Shown: positions 11,770-24,800 of the stretch, one piece after another | How the letters are laid out: each line of letters opens with the position of its first letter | Numbering within the stretch: position 1 is the first letter of the stretch | Program-made: the position numbers and the translations under genes | Notes under the pieces: generated by a model | What the model saw: the letters and a program-made list of their open reading frames with translations, nothing else | The model's database searches: none | What the model was told of the DNA's origin: nothing | NCBI RefSeq assembly: GCF_020745735.1 | Contig: NC_083422.1 | Span: 20,956,001 to 21,020,000 of the forward strand | Direction of reading: 5' to 3' | Source: Hemiscyllium ocellatum | Taxonomy: Eukaryota | Length of the DNA stretch: 64,000 bases

Positions 11770-13790
11770 AATGCTTTCCACAAGTGGTCTGCTGCATTAC
11801 TCGCTGGGCAACGGTGACCTGCAATTATAAGGGGGTTATTGCTTGTTAACTGTCTCATTTATAGCTCCACTCACCTCCGTGACATTCAGCTTTCTGTCTT
11901 ACCAAACAAGTCAAGTGTAGAATAACCAAGGTGGAGGCCAGAGCAGACCTGGCACCTTCAGCTCATCGATTACTCTGAATGACCTTCACATTGGATACTG
12001 GGCAGCAATGTCCCAGGGCGTGCGGATATGCCCCACATCCAAAGACATTGACAGCTTCCAGGTATCCTCACAGCACATCTCTGATCCAATTGTAGCTCAC
12101 TTCTGCACTTCAATGCTGCACCTCTGGCTGCAGCAAGAACGGTTTGAGCTTGGGCATGCACCCAGCTCATGAACTGGACCAGACTGCATCCCTGGGCTCT
12201 TTGCTTGCTGTCATAGTGCTCACTCACTCTGAACCTACCTGGATGATCGCAGTCTCTCTGCCTTCTACTGCCTTGCCCTGTCATGTCTGTTACTACATGA
12301 TAGTGAACCTTCTATTAATTAAACCAAACACACAGTAAAGCTCATCTTGCCTTGTAATCTGTTAAAATATCAGTGACAAAGAACTCCCAAATAGCACTAT
12401 TTATAGAAATAACATCAATTTATTTTTTAACTCTAAAAGTGGGCATTAAGCAAATATTCTAACTCTAAGCCTCCCCTTTCTCTTAACTGCTTATTATCTG
12501 TCTCCAACTTGATAACAATATGCTGTTCCAATAAGACATTTATTAAAACTACATCAACTTAATTTCAAAACCACACAGCTGCTGTCGTCTTCTGTGACTT
12601 AACTCTTCCAGCTGCTGAAGTCCCTGGGTCATCTTCTTTCTTTTTGCTGCAACTATGTTTCGTATGAAAAGAATCTTTGATAGAGAGGGTTTTCTAATCT
12701 CTTGGGTCTCTCTTGATGGCAGTTGCTCTCTCTCCAATTTTCAAAATGCCTACATTTTCATATCTCCAACATCATCTCATTGGTTTGATGTTGGCGAAAC
12801 AATAAATTCAAACTCCATTGGGTTTAGTATACTGGGGCATAATTTAAACTGATTGGTTAAATTCAAATTATTGTCAATACAGCAACCAAAATTCAGGTAT
12901 CCATTTCACAGCCAAATTTTACATATTTTCAAATTTTCCAGTACACTCTGGGAGTGCCATTTAGTCATATACACAGGTGCTTATAAGCTCTCAGTTCAGA
13001 ACAACACTCACTCTCTCTTAAAGGTACAATACATGTCTTCAACTTCATAACATGTCTTTCTGCACTTTGTTTCCTCCACCAAAGATGCCAGGTTACTGCT
13101 GTCACACTCACTCTATCTGTGTTACTGTTTCCACATTCCACAAAGACACATGTTTCACCACTACTTCTGTCTTGTTTTGTTGCTTGTCACAAATACAGAG
13201 GAAAGAAGCTTATTGTGGTTGTCAGCAGTCCTCTGTTAAGTCGAAGGGATAGTTTTCACTTAGCGGGTCCTGGCGCAATAAGTAAAAGGAAGTTTTCAAT
13301 TCCAGTCCAGGGGCTTGGACATGATCAGTCAGCCACTCAGGGCAGTCAGAGCCAGGATCTTCCCGACATAAGTGGGGAAAGAACCAAATGTCAGGCAGCC
13401 CACCACCAGTCTTGACTCTGTTTCTCTTTCGGTGGCTGTTTTCCTCCTGGAATGAGAGAGAAGCAGGTACAAAGCGTGATGAAAGTGGGTACTTCTGGTG
13501 CAGGTGGGAAGATACCCTGAACAAGTGAGTAGACAGCATATAGGGCATGCAGGGTTAGTGTGATGCAGCTTGATGGGTGACAGTGAATTGCAGGCAGTTA
13601 TAAGAGCAGTGGAATGTGGGTGCAGTAACAGAAATAGAGTGCATATGAGGTATCAGAGAGAAAAAGGTAGAGGCGAGGAGACTAACCTTCTTCCAAGCAT
13701 TTGGCAAATTGCAGCAAGAGAACTGATCAGGCCTCATCAAAACCCTCCAAAAACTTTCACACAAACTCAGACTTAGCCTAAAAAAACATA
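11770..13790 (-). mobile_element. Harbinger-like element relic with a spliced Myb/SANT-type ORF, interrupted by a solo LTR
   Basis: Minus-strand acceptor cttctctctcattccag|GAG at 13446 opens EENSHRKRNRVKTGGGLPDI, resembling the (A)HNRRER.(K/Q)TGGG motif C-terminal to Harbinger Myb/SANT domains. The rest is decayed and the boundaries are rough. Confidence 0.45.
12353..13052 (-). mobile_element. Solo LTR (700 bp)
   Basis: Termini TGTAAT...ATAACA (TG...CA, imperfectly inverted). Flanks TGCCT (12348-12352) and TGTCT (13053-13057) form a near-perfect 5-bp TSD. The minus strand carries CCAAT boxes and an AATAAA. Confidence 0.7.
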
Positions 13791-13849
13791 AGATTCAGCT
13801 CCATTTTACCTCTTCTAACAGTCAGGCAGTGTCAGTATGGTTCTGACAA

Positions 13850-14900
13850 AATTGTGTTGATCTAATTTATTGGAATGATTAAGGATATAACAAATGAGGT
13901 AAATAAAGGGGAATATATGGATGTGGTGATCTTAAGATTTCTAGAGTGCATTTGGTAATGGGCTCATCAAAAAGTTACTACATAAAATAAGAGTCCATGC
14001 TGTAAGAATTAATCTATTGGCCTGGATAGAGGAATTGATTAGCAGAGAGGAGGAATAAGTGGGTCAGTTTCAGGTTGTCACGATGTGACGAGTGCCACAT
14101 GGATCAGTGCTGGAGTCTCAGCTCTTTGCAATCTATGTTAAATGGCTTAGACGAAGGCTCTGAATATGTAGTGGCTAAATTTATTCATGACACAAAGGTA
14201 AGAAGAAACTATGTTGTGAAGAGAACTTCACGAGTCTACAAAGGTAGGTTCTGTGAGTGCATAAAAGATGGACAAATTAAGTATAATGTGGGAAATGTGA
14301 TTTTGTCCATTTTGGAAAGAAGAATAGAAAACAGGTTATTATTTAAATTGAAAGAGATTTTAGAAATCAGCAGTGTGGATGGACCCGGATATCCTAGTAC
14401 ATCAATCACTGGTACGCCCGGATATCCTAGTACATCAATCACTGGTACGCCCGGATATCCTAGTACGTCGATCACAGGTACGCAGGTACAGAAAATAATT
14501 AGAAAAGCAAATGGAATGTTGGCATTTATTGCAAAGGGAATGGAATAGAAATGTAAGGCCAGGTTGCTCCACCTTTCCAAAGTCTTGCTAAGATGGCATC
14601 TGGCATTTTGTGTGCAGTATTGCTCTCTTACGTATGGACATAATTACATTTGAAGCAATTCAGGGAATGCTCATTTGGTTGATTCTTTGGATGAAAGAGT
14701 TATGAAGAAAATTTGGGCCTTTCCCCATTGGAATTTAGAAGAATGAGAGAGAATCTTATTGAAACAAGTTAGCTTCTTAGGGGAGTTGACAGGGTGGATA
14801 CAGAGAGGATCTTTCCCTCTTTGGGAGACTCTAGCACTCGGGTATTCAGTTTAAAAAGTAGACCGTTTAAGACCAAGGTGATGAGAAATATAGAAATGCA
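13850..14900 (+). mobile_element. Degenerate CR1 RT fragment
   Basis: GQIKYNVGNVILSILERR...KIIRKANGMLAFIAKGMEY-type CR1 motifs with frameshifts. Confidence 0.85.
14384..14482. repeat. 33-bp tandem repeat, 3 copies
   Basis: Unit CCCGGATATCCTAGTACATCAATCACTGGTACG at 14384, 14417 and 14450. The first two are identical and the third differs at 3 positions. Confidence 0.97.
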
Positions 14901-15560
14901 GTAGATAAAAACAGGAGTAGATTATTCAGCCCTTTGAGCCTGTTCCGCCATTCAGTATGGTCATAGCTAATGATCTAACTCAGTACCTTGTTTCCACTTT
15001 CTCCTCATACGTTTTGAGCCTTTTAGCCCTAAGAACTATATCTCACTCCTGCTTGAAAATCGTTAATGTTTTGACCTCAACCGCTTTCCGTGGCTGAGAA
15101 TTCTGCAGCTCACCATTCTCAGGATGAAGAAATTTCTCCTCATTTCAGTCCTAAATGACCTATCCCACATTGTTAGACTGTGATTCCTGGTTGTGGACTT
15201 CCCAGTCATTGGGAACATTCTTTCTCTGTTTACCCTGTGTAGTTCCGTTAGAATTTTTAGACACTTCTGTGAGATCCCCTCTCATTCCCTTCAACTCCAG
15301 TGAGTGTAATCTTAACTAATCCAGTCTCTCTTCATATATTAGTGCTGCTAATCCTGGAATCAGTCTGAGAAACCTTTATGACACTTCTTCCATAGTCAGA
15401 CCATCTTTCTCCAGGTAAGGAGACCAAAACTGCACCGAGTACTCCAGGTGTGATCTTACCAAGGCCCTGTGCAATCACACAAGATATCCCTGCTCCTGTA
15501 TTTGAAACGTCTCGCGAGAAGGTCACCATACTATCTGCTTGCTTCATTGTCTGCTCCACC
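14900..15560 (-). mobile_element. CR1 3' fragment, opposite orientation to the adjacent copy
   Basis: Reverse complement of the CR1 C-terminus and 3'UTR (LGKITPGVLGAVLVS corresponds to LVRPHLEYCVQFWS). Confidence 0.85.
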
Positions 15561-16065
15561 TGCTTGTTTACTTGGTGCAAGTACTTCCTGGTAAAACAGA
15601 AATCTTTTCTCTTGGAGTCATTTGTCTGTGGATCTGTCTTCCCCAAAAAGCCATAGAGGCTGGATCAGTGAATATATTAAAGGCTGAGTACAGGTTAGTG
15701 GGCAAGCAGGTAGGAAATATGATTTGAGGCCAATCAAATCAGCCATGATTTTATTGAACAACAGAGCAGATTCAAGGGACCAAATGGCCTGCGTCAGCCC
15801 ATATTTATTCTGTTCTTGCGTTCTTCATAAAAATGCACTAATACCACACACAGGGCAATGCCCATGGAACTCAGGAAAATTGTGTCAGATTTGATTTACA
15901 TTGATTTTAATGTTAAACTAATAAGCAAACATCTGTCTGTTATCTTTTCATAACATTGTGCTGAAATTAGCTATAATTGAACATGAATTTTAAGATTATA
16001 AAAATCAGAATACGTATATTCATATTTAAAATACTGACTTGCTTAGTGTCAAAGGAGTAAATATA

Positions 16066-16361
16066 TATTAGATTCCCTACAGTGTGGAAACAGGCCCTAC
16101 AGCCCAACCCAGCCCTCTAAAGAGTAACCCACCCAGACCCATTTCCCTCTGACTAATGTACCTCGCACTATGGGCAATTTAGCATGGCCAATTCACCCAG
16201 CCTGCACATCTTTGGACTGTGGGAGGAAACCAGAGCACCCAGAGGAAACCCACACAGACACAGGGAGAATGTGCAAACTCCATACAGACAGTCACCTGAG
16301 GCTGGGATCAAACCTGGGAATGTGAAGCAGTAGTGCTAACCACTGAGCCACCCTGCCACCC
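16066..16361 (-). mobile_element. V-SINE (HE1-like), near full length
   Basis: tRNA-like head (ggtggctcagtggttagcactactgc...ggtttgatccc) plus V-domain and tail, on the minus strand. Confidence 0.9.
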
Positions 16362-18499
16362 ATAAGATGCATGTTCTAAGTAGCAAGCCTTTAATTCACC
16401 AGAAGAACAAATGGAATATGGTTTATTTGTAATCTGAGATCAATTATTTTGAGAATATTGACTATAGTAAAATTGAAATTTTTCTTTGGACTTAAGGGGG
16501 AATAAAAGAACCCAAGGCAAGTCTATGGATCTAAAGAGAACAAAATGTGTAAGGATAAAGGAAACACTGATGTTGGACCTGAGAGAGGAAAGATGGACCT
16601 TCAGCAAAATAGTGTTCTTTCCCTCTTTGCAGAACAGTTGCCAGCCCGACCTTTAAGCTCTGGTTAACCGCTGAGCAATATGTGGCTCCTTTATAGCATT
16701 CAAGAATTGTAACAAATTTTAGCTGTCATTAGACTGGTTTTGGTTGTCTTCCAAATAGTTCTATTGCAGTTATGGTGGTCTGTCTTTAGGGCTGGAGGAC
16801 GATGAGGAACAGAAAAGATTACAAAATAGAACTGAGGATAAGAGGGGACTGGAATAGATGGCATGGACTATCAAACATTCATTAGATTTTCAGCAAGCAT
16901 TTCTACTATATCAGGGTCAACGTGTAAAGTGATTCCACTTCACCAAGGCATTTTACCATAATTGGAACCTTAAATTCGGCATGGAGCATCCTAGCTGAAA
17001 CAGTCAGTCATTGTAGCTTAGAACATTCAGATAACGAGGTCATTTCAGTTGCAGTAAGTGATGTCAGATTAATTTCATGTGATCTGGTGCAAATACAATC
17101 CTTCATACAACTTCATTCAGTTTTATTTTCTGTGTAATTATGTACCTTGAAAAAATTAACGTGCAGTAATACAAGGCAGAGAGATAAATGTTCAATTGAA
17201 TTTTGATTGCAGGAAAAACACTGAAGCATTGGCAGCCAGAACAAGAATCTGTTTTGCACTTTAGATGAGTACCTTGCCTTATTTCTATCCTTGATCTTGA
17301 ATCAATAGATTTTTACTTCAGCCACTCTAAGGGTAGCAAAGAAACAATAGAAGAGTAGGTATTGGCAGAAGTATGTGATATTTTGAAACAAAGAATTTTC
17401 CAAGTAATATGCAGAATTAACAGTGAACTCAACAGACTGAACATCTAAGAAAATAACTTCCAAGTAACTTTTAAAAGGTGATATGTTATAATGAATAACT
17501 GAAGGAACAGGAAGTAATTGAATCTGGTTTTTGGTTATGAACCTGTGGAAGGGTAATTGTATATTACAAAAAACTTAAGTGGCACAGAAAATTGCATGGT
17601 TGTGCCCAATTAAATTAAGTGATACTGTATTCAAATAGAAGCTTGAGTACAAAATCATGGATGTCCTGGTTTTATGACTTGTTCAAGGAAGGTTGAGCTT
17701 TGAGCCATAGACTCATTTATCTCTGCATGTGGTGACTTTTGTAATTATTCAGTTCTTATTCATCATTGGAAACTGAAAAAAATATTGGTATGAGGAAGAT
17801 AATCATGATTTGAACTCTGGGGAAGCAAATGAGTGAAGAATTGTAATTCAATGACCTGAGGCAGAGGCACGCATCAAACATCAGTTTCATGTAAAGAATG
17901 AAAATCAGACTTATGAACTTAGGCAGAGGGCTGGGAATTGTGCAGAGATCTCAAAGCGGAATGACTTAAGATATTAAATACGTAATTTAAGGCGACAATG
18001 TGTCACTTATGGAAATGGAATGCTGCAACCACGAGAAACTAGATTTTGTGTAAAGTTAGCAATTGATGTGAGATTTTTTTAAAAAATCTACTCGGGGCCG
18101 AAAATTGGCTAGCTGTATTTTTTTATATGCTGAAGTTGCAATCTGAGATCCGCTGCACCTGTTTAGATAGAGGAGGCAGCACAAGATTTTACTGCACCTA
18201 TCTCATCGGAATGATTGTAACATTGGTCCAAGTGGAGCTTGAGATTTCCCAAACACTGCTGCAGCATTTCTGCTGTGTGGAGCAGAGAACAGCATTACTT
18301 GAAAAGGATGTGATCCAGCTGGTCTTCCCTAATATAAAAGGCTCTCTATTAAATAGAAGCTTTACAGCTGAAGTGAAGGAAGCTGGGACAGGAAACTGTG
18401 CAAACTGCAGGAAGCAGAATGTTGCAACTCACAAAGTGAAGTTTGCCTGGCACCAAGAGTGAAGCAGCATTTCCAGAAAATGTACCTGAATGATTTTTG

Positions 18500-20170
18500 A
18501 GAAGATTTGTAGCTCAGGTTGATGGTAAGTATGTAAGTTAGCTTGTTGAGCTTGAAGGTTTGTTTTCAGATGTTTCGTCACCATACTAGTGAACATTATC
18601 AGTGAGAGTCTCTGATGAAGCGCTGGTGGTATGTCCCGCCTCTCTGTTTATAGGTCTTGGTTTCTTAAGGTGGGTGATGTAATTTTGGTTCTTTTTTTCA
18701 AGGGAATTCAGATAGGATCTAAATTGATATTGAGTTCTGGTTAGAATGCCATACCTCTGACAACCACCTGATGAAGGAGCAGCACACCGAAAGCTAGTGT
18801 TTCCAAATAAACCTGTTGGAATATAACCTGATGTTGTGTGATTTTTAACTTTTCACACCCCAGTCCACCCCGATCCGGCATCTCTAAATCATGCCTCTAA
18901 GAATTCTCATGTGTGTCTTTGTTTTGCCTGTTGTGTGTATTGTCCCAGTCAAAGTGGTGTCCTTCTTTGTCTGTATGTATAGAAAGGAGTGATAATGGGT
19001 CATGTCTTTTGGTGGCCAATTGGTATCCTGGTGGCAAATTTCCTGCTAGTTTGTCCGATGTAGTGTTTTTTACAGTTCTTGTACGGTATCTTGTAAATGA
19101 TATTTGTTTTGTGGTGGTATCTAGTGGATCCTTTAGGTTTATTAGTCACTGTTTAAGTGTGTTGGTAGGTTTGTGAGCTACCATGAATGCAAGGCATCTG
19201 AGTAGTCTGGAAGTCATTTCTGATATGTCTTTGATGTAAGGTAGTGTGGCTATAGATTTTGGTTGCATTGTGTCTGCTTGTTTGGGTTTGTTTCTGAGGA
19301 ATCGATGGATTGTATTTATTGGGTACCTGTTTTTCTTGAAAATGTTATATAGATATTTTTGTTCTGCTTTTTATAGTTATTGGGTTCTGCAGTGTGATGT
19401 AGCTCATTGAAATAATGTCTTGATGCAGCTCTGTCTGTGAATGTTGGGATGATTATTTGTGAAGTTAAGTATTTGTCCTTGTGTGTTGTTTTTCTCTAGA
19501 CTCTGGTTTGAAGCTCTCTGTTAACTATACATTCAACTGTCACGTCGTGGATGGGAGTCTGTTGTCGTTCTCCTCCTCTTTTATGTATTTTATGCCTGTC
19601 AGGATGTTGTTGATTGTGTTGTATGTTTCATCTAATTTGTTCTGTTGGCAATGACAAAGGTGTCATCTACATAACAGACCCAAAGTTTGGGTTGGATAGG
19701 TGGGAGGGCAGCTTGTTCGAGTCTCTGCATTACTGCTTCTGCTATGAGCCCTGATATTGGTGATCCCAGAGATGTTATTCAGTTGACTTGTTTCTACGTA
19801 TTGCTATTGAACGTGAAGTGAGTGGTGAGGCACAGGTTCACTAACTTGAGGATGTTGTCTTTGCTAATGAAGTTGGTGCTGTGTAGTATTTGTGGTCTTG
19901 GTTTTCCTAGGAGTTATGCCAGAGTTTCTTTGGACAGGTCAATGTTACTTGATGTGAAAAGGGCTGTAATATCAAAGGAGACCATTATTTCATCCTCTTT
20001 TATCGTGTTGTATTTAGTGTTCAGGAATTCTTCGGTGGAGTGAATGGAGTGGTGTGAATCTTCAATTAGGCGTTTTAGTTTTTGGTACAGTTCTTTGGCC
20101 AGTCTATGTATATTTGATCAAGGTCTACCAATCTCTTATTTTGTTCAGTATAGAGGGCTATCATTTATCA
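18500..20170 (-). mobile_element. Penelope-like element (Poseidon-type), decayed RT, endonuclease and pLTR
   Basis: Minus strand encodes MVSFDITALFTS, GSPISGLIAEAVMQRLE and KLWVCYVDDTFVI (about 19650-19700). A decayed hammerhead (CTGATAA...GAAACATC) lies at about 18567-18605. Confidence 0.88.
18759..18889 (+). mobile_element. Short hammerhead-bearing Penelope-derived element inserted into the Penelope relic
   Basis: Flanked by CATACCTCT (18750-18758) and CATGCCTCT (18890-18898). Contains CAC-CTGATGA-AGGAGC...GAAA-GCTA-GTG with a damaged stem II. Confidence 0.75.
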
Positions 20171-20739
20171 ACAAGCAGTGCAGCCTGGTGCTCATCACTC
20201 ACATCTAACATTTACCACATTACAAACTTGCACACATTTACAAATGCTGCCAGCATCACATTGAGTGTTCCCTCTAACTTTTCTGGGGCATATGCAGAAC
20301 CTGAATTAGTCTGAGTGGCACATTGTATCCATTGAGCTGAAATCATGTTGCAACTTTTCTCAGTTGATTTACTGACAATTAAAAGCATGCGTTTTTGTTA
20401 TTTTACAACATTCCACCTGCATGTTGCAACTTTTCACAGGGTTAATTATTAAAGTTAGTATTTATGTTATTTTACAATTGCAAGTATTCTACCTGCTAAA
20501 ATTATTTGTTTAGCTCAGAAGTCTGAGACCTGTATGATGGTGGTATGTGTATACCACATAAACTACGTGACCAAAAGAGGACACAAGTAACTTATTTGTT
20601 GGCAGCTTTTCACACCTGTCTTTATTTGCGGCATAATGATTACAAACGGGTCACCGGACTCGAAACTTTAACTCTGCTTTCCTTCCACATCCAGACCTGC
20701 TGAGTTTCTCCAGCAAACTATGCTTTTGTTTTCAGATTT

Positions 20740-21825
20740 CCAGTATCCACAGTTCTTTGTATTATTGTTGATTGCAAATTTGATATTTAGTCCAGATGAA
20801 ATATACGACTTGGTATAATGAGTCAAATTGTCCATGTGATCTATTTCTAATCTCTTTTTGGATTTACTTTTAATCAAGTTCATGAGGCTAAATTCACACT
20901 CACTTGATGCCTGAAATGTTGTACAAATGTGCTGAAGAATGGACACTTCTTGAAACATTTTTTAGAGCATAGACCACCAAATCACTGACTTTATGAATGG
21001 AACCAGTTGAGACTTTTCCCACAACCATAAATTTGAAATCAGAATAGTCCTCATGTATCTTTGTGGCTAAACTTTCACCATTGATTGGCATAAAAGTAGA
21101 ATGTTTCAATATCAATCACACAGCCCTGTCTGTTCCAAATTCATAATATTCTGTCCTGGTGATTGCATCCTGATCAAATACGTGCCACTCTCGCAATGTC
21201 GGTTCTGGAAGTCTGCTTTTCAGATAGTCACATGGCAGTTGAATAAACTGAAGGATTGCAATAGTGTCCACATCATTGTCGAGGGCAGCCAGAATCTTCA
21301 TCACTCCAATAAACGTTCACCTTAATACTGAATCTTCAGTTAATTAATCTTGGCCTTTGCAAATTGTGTAGCTTCAATCTTTGCCAGACAGCTTCTTTGC
21401 AAGAATTTGCACAGAGATGTCAGTTCTTAAGGACATAGTTCAGCGCTGTCAATGCAATGTGCTATTGTGGTTTTGTGAGCATTTTCAGGCAATATTTATT
21501 TATTGGATCACTGCACCTATTCACCTGTTTTCTACAGGACTCAATCAAGGCATTGCAGTTTCACATTAGTGCACACATTGCAAAGTGCCTTGACTGCCCT
21601 CTCTCTTCATTCAGAGGTTGAAATACCACTGCATCACATGCTGTGACTTTGGGAAAACCTTCAAATTACCCTTTCTTCACAATTGTCCTGCTGAACATGC
21701 ACCATTCTGAGAAAGAGTTCAATACCTTGTATAATCCACTCCTGTGTCCAAGCATCATGCATTCCCAGATTTTCTCTGTGAACAATACAATGCTGTTCTG
21801 AGTAATGTTTGATTTTTACTTATTT
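20740..21825 (-). mobile_element. hAT transposase relic, C-terminal half including the dimerisation domain
   Basis: Minus strand gives EQHCIVHRENLG (HCxxH motif), VFQPLNEERGQSRHFA (decayed R-W-L-S-R motif) and ICTTFQASSECEFSLMNLIKSKSKKRLE (decayed SxxCERGFSxMN.IK motif). Frameshifted. Confidence 0.8.
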
Positions 21826-24800
21826 ATTCATTTTGTTGGATGTGGGAATCACTGGCCACAGTTTTATTGCCTGTCCCTAGTTGCCCCTGAGAATGTGGTG
21901 GTGGTAGTACCTTCTTGAACCGCTAGAGAGCACCTGCTGTGGGTTGACCCAGAAAGCCATTAAGGAGGGAATTCCAGGATTTTGACCCAATGACAGTGAA
22001 GGAATGGTAATACATTTCCAATCCAGGATGGTGAGTGGTTTGGAGGGCAACCTGAATGTAGTAGTGTTCCCATACATCTGCCCTTGTCTTTCCAGATGGA
22101 AGAGGTAGTTGGTTTGAAAGGTGCTCTCTGAGGATCTTATAGATAGTATGCACTGCTGCTACTGAGCATCAGTGATGGAGGGAGTGAATGCTTGTGGATG
22201 TTGTGCCAATCAAGCAGGCTGCTATGTCCTGGATGTTGTCAAGCTTCTTTAATGTTGTTGGGACTGCACTCATCCAGGCACGTGGGGAGTATTCCATCAC
22301 ACTCCTGACTTGGGCATTGGAGGTGGTGGATAGGCTTTGGGGAGTCAGGATGTGAGTTACTCACTGCAGTATTCCTAGCCTCTGAGCTGCTCTTGTAGCC
22401 ATTGCATTTGTGTGATGAGTCGAGTTGAGTTTCTGATCAATGATAACTTCTGGGATGTTGATAGTGGGGGATTCAGTGATTGTAACACCACTAAATGTCA
22501 AGTGCAGTGGTTAGATTGTCTCTTATTGGAGATGGTCATAGCCTGGCAATTGTGTGGTATGGATGATTCTTGCCATTTGTCAACCCAAGTCTGAATATTG
22601 TCCAGATCTTGTTGGCATTTGGACACATATTGCTGCAGTATCTGAGGAGTCATGAATGGTCTGAACATTGTGCAATCATCAGCGAACCTTATGATGGAGG
22701 GAAGGTCATTGATGAAGCAGCTGAAGATGATTGGGCTAAGGACACTACCCTGAGGGACTCCTGCAAAAATGTTCTGGAACTGAGATGGCTGACATCCAAC
22801 AACTATGACCATCTTCCTATGTGCCCGGAATGACTCTAAGCATCAGAGAGTTTGCCCCCTTATACCCACTGATTCCAGCTTTGCTAGGGTTCCATGATGC
22901 CACATTCATCAAATGCAACCTTGATGTGAAGAGCTGTCACTCTCACCTCACCTCTGGAATTCAGCTCTTTTGTCCATGTTTGACCCAAGGCTGTAATGAG
23001 GTCAGGAGCTGAGTTGTCCTGATGGAACCCAAACTGGGCATCATTGAGCGGGTTATTGTTGAGCAGGTGCTGCTTGATAGCACTGATGATGACACCTTTC
23101 ATCACTTGACTGATGATTGCCAGTAGATTGATGGGGCTGTAACTGACTGGATTGGATTTGTCCTGCTTTTTATGTACAGGACATACTTGGGCAACTTTCC
23201 ATATGTGGGGTAGATGCCAGAGTTGAAACTGTACTGGAACAGCTTGGCTAGGGGTGCAGCATGTTCTAGTGCACAAGTCTTCAGGACTATTGCTGTAATA
23301 TTGTCAGGGCTCATTGCCTTTGCAGTATCCAGTGCCTCCATTCATTTCTTGATATCATGTTTCGTGAATTGAATTGGCTGAAGACTGGTTTCTGTGATGC
23401 TGGGGACCACCTGAGGAGCCTGAGATGGATTATCCACTCATCCCTTCTTGCTGAAGATTGCTGCAAAAGCTTCAGCCTTATCTTTTGCACTGATATGCTG
23501 GGCTCATCCATCATTGAGGATGAGATATTTATGGAGCTTAATCATCCACCACCATTCACAACTGGTTGTGGAAGGAATGTGAGATTAGTTCTGATCCGTT
23601 GTATGTGGGATTGTTTAACTCTGCTTATTGCTTCTTGTTTATACTGTTTGGCATACCAGTAGTCCTGTTTGGTGGCTTTACCAGGTTGACACCTCATCTT
23701 CAGGTATGTCTGGTGCTGCTCCTGGCATGTCCTTCTGCACACTCCATTAAAGCAGAGTTGATCTCCTGGCTTGATGGTAATGGTTCAGAGGGGATATGCC
23801 AAGCCATGAGATTACAGATGGCTCACAGCACCTCATGGATGCCCAGTCTTGAGTTGTTAGATCTGTTCAAAATCTGTCCCATTTAACACGGTGATGGTGC
23901 CATACAACACGATGGAGGTTATTCTTAATGTGAAGGTGGTGGCCAATGTTACTAATACTGCCATTGACAGATGCATCTGCAGCTGGCGTATTGGTGAGGA
24001 TAAGGTCAAGTATGTTTTTCCCTCTTGTTGGTTCCCTCACCATGTGCTACAGACCCAGCCGAGCAGTTATGTCATAGAGTCATAGAGTTGTACAGCATGG
24101 AAACAGACCCTTTGGTCCAACCTGTCCATGGCCAACCAGATATCCCATCCCAATCTAGTCCCACCTGCCAGCAGCCGGCCCATATCCCTCCAAACCCTTC
24201 CTATTCATATACCCATCCAAAAGCCTTTTAAATGTTGCAATTGTACCAGTCTCCACCACTTCATCTGGCAGCTCATTCCATACATGTTCCACCCTCTGCA
24301 TGAAAAAGTTACTCCTTGGGTCTCTTTTATATCTTTCCCCTGTCATCCTAAACCTATGCCCTCTAGTTCTGGACTCCCCCAACCCAGGGAAAAGACTTTG
24401 TCTATTTATCCTGTCAATGCCCCTCATAATTTTGTAAACCTCTATAAGATCACTCCTCAGCCTCCGATGTTCAAGGGAAAACAGCCCCAGTCTGTTCAGC
24501 CTCTTCCTACAGCTTAAATCCTCCAAACCTGGCAACATCCTTGTAGATCTTTTCTGAACCCTTTCAAATTTAATACCAGCTTTCCCGTAGGAAGGAGACC
24601 AGAATTGCACATAATATTCCAACAGTGTCTAATCAATTTCCTGTAGAGCCGCAACTTGACCTCCCAACTCCTGTACTCAATACTCTGATAAAGGAAAGCA
24701 TACCAAACACCTTCTTCACTATCCTATCTACCTGCGACTCCACTTTCAAGGAGCTATGAACCTGCACTCCAAGGTCTCTTTGTTCAGCAACACTCCCTAG

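Noticed and set aside
14384-14482. CRISPR-like array
   Set aside because: The units are contiguous with no spacers, and the context is eukaryotic.
14075-14580. ORFs with an 11-aa repeat (PGYPSTSITGT) as a repeat protein
   Set aside because: They are explained by a DNA-level 33-bp triplication inside a decayed CR1.
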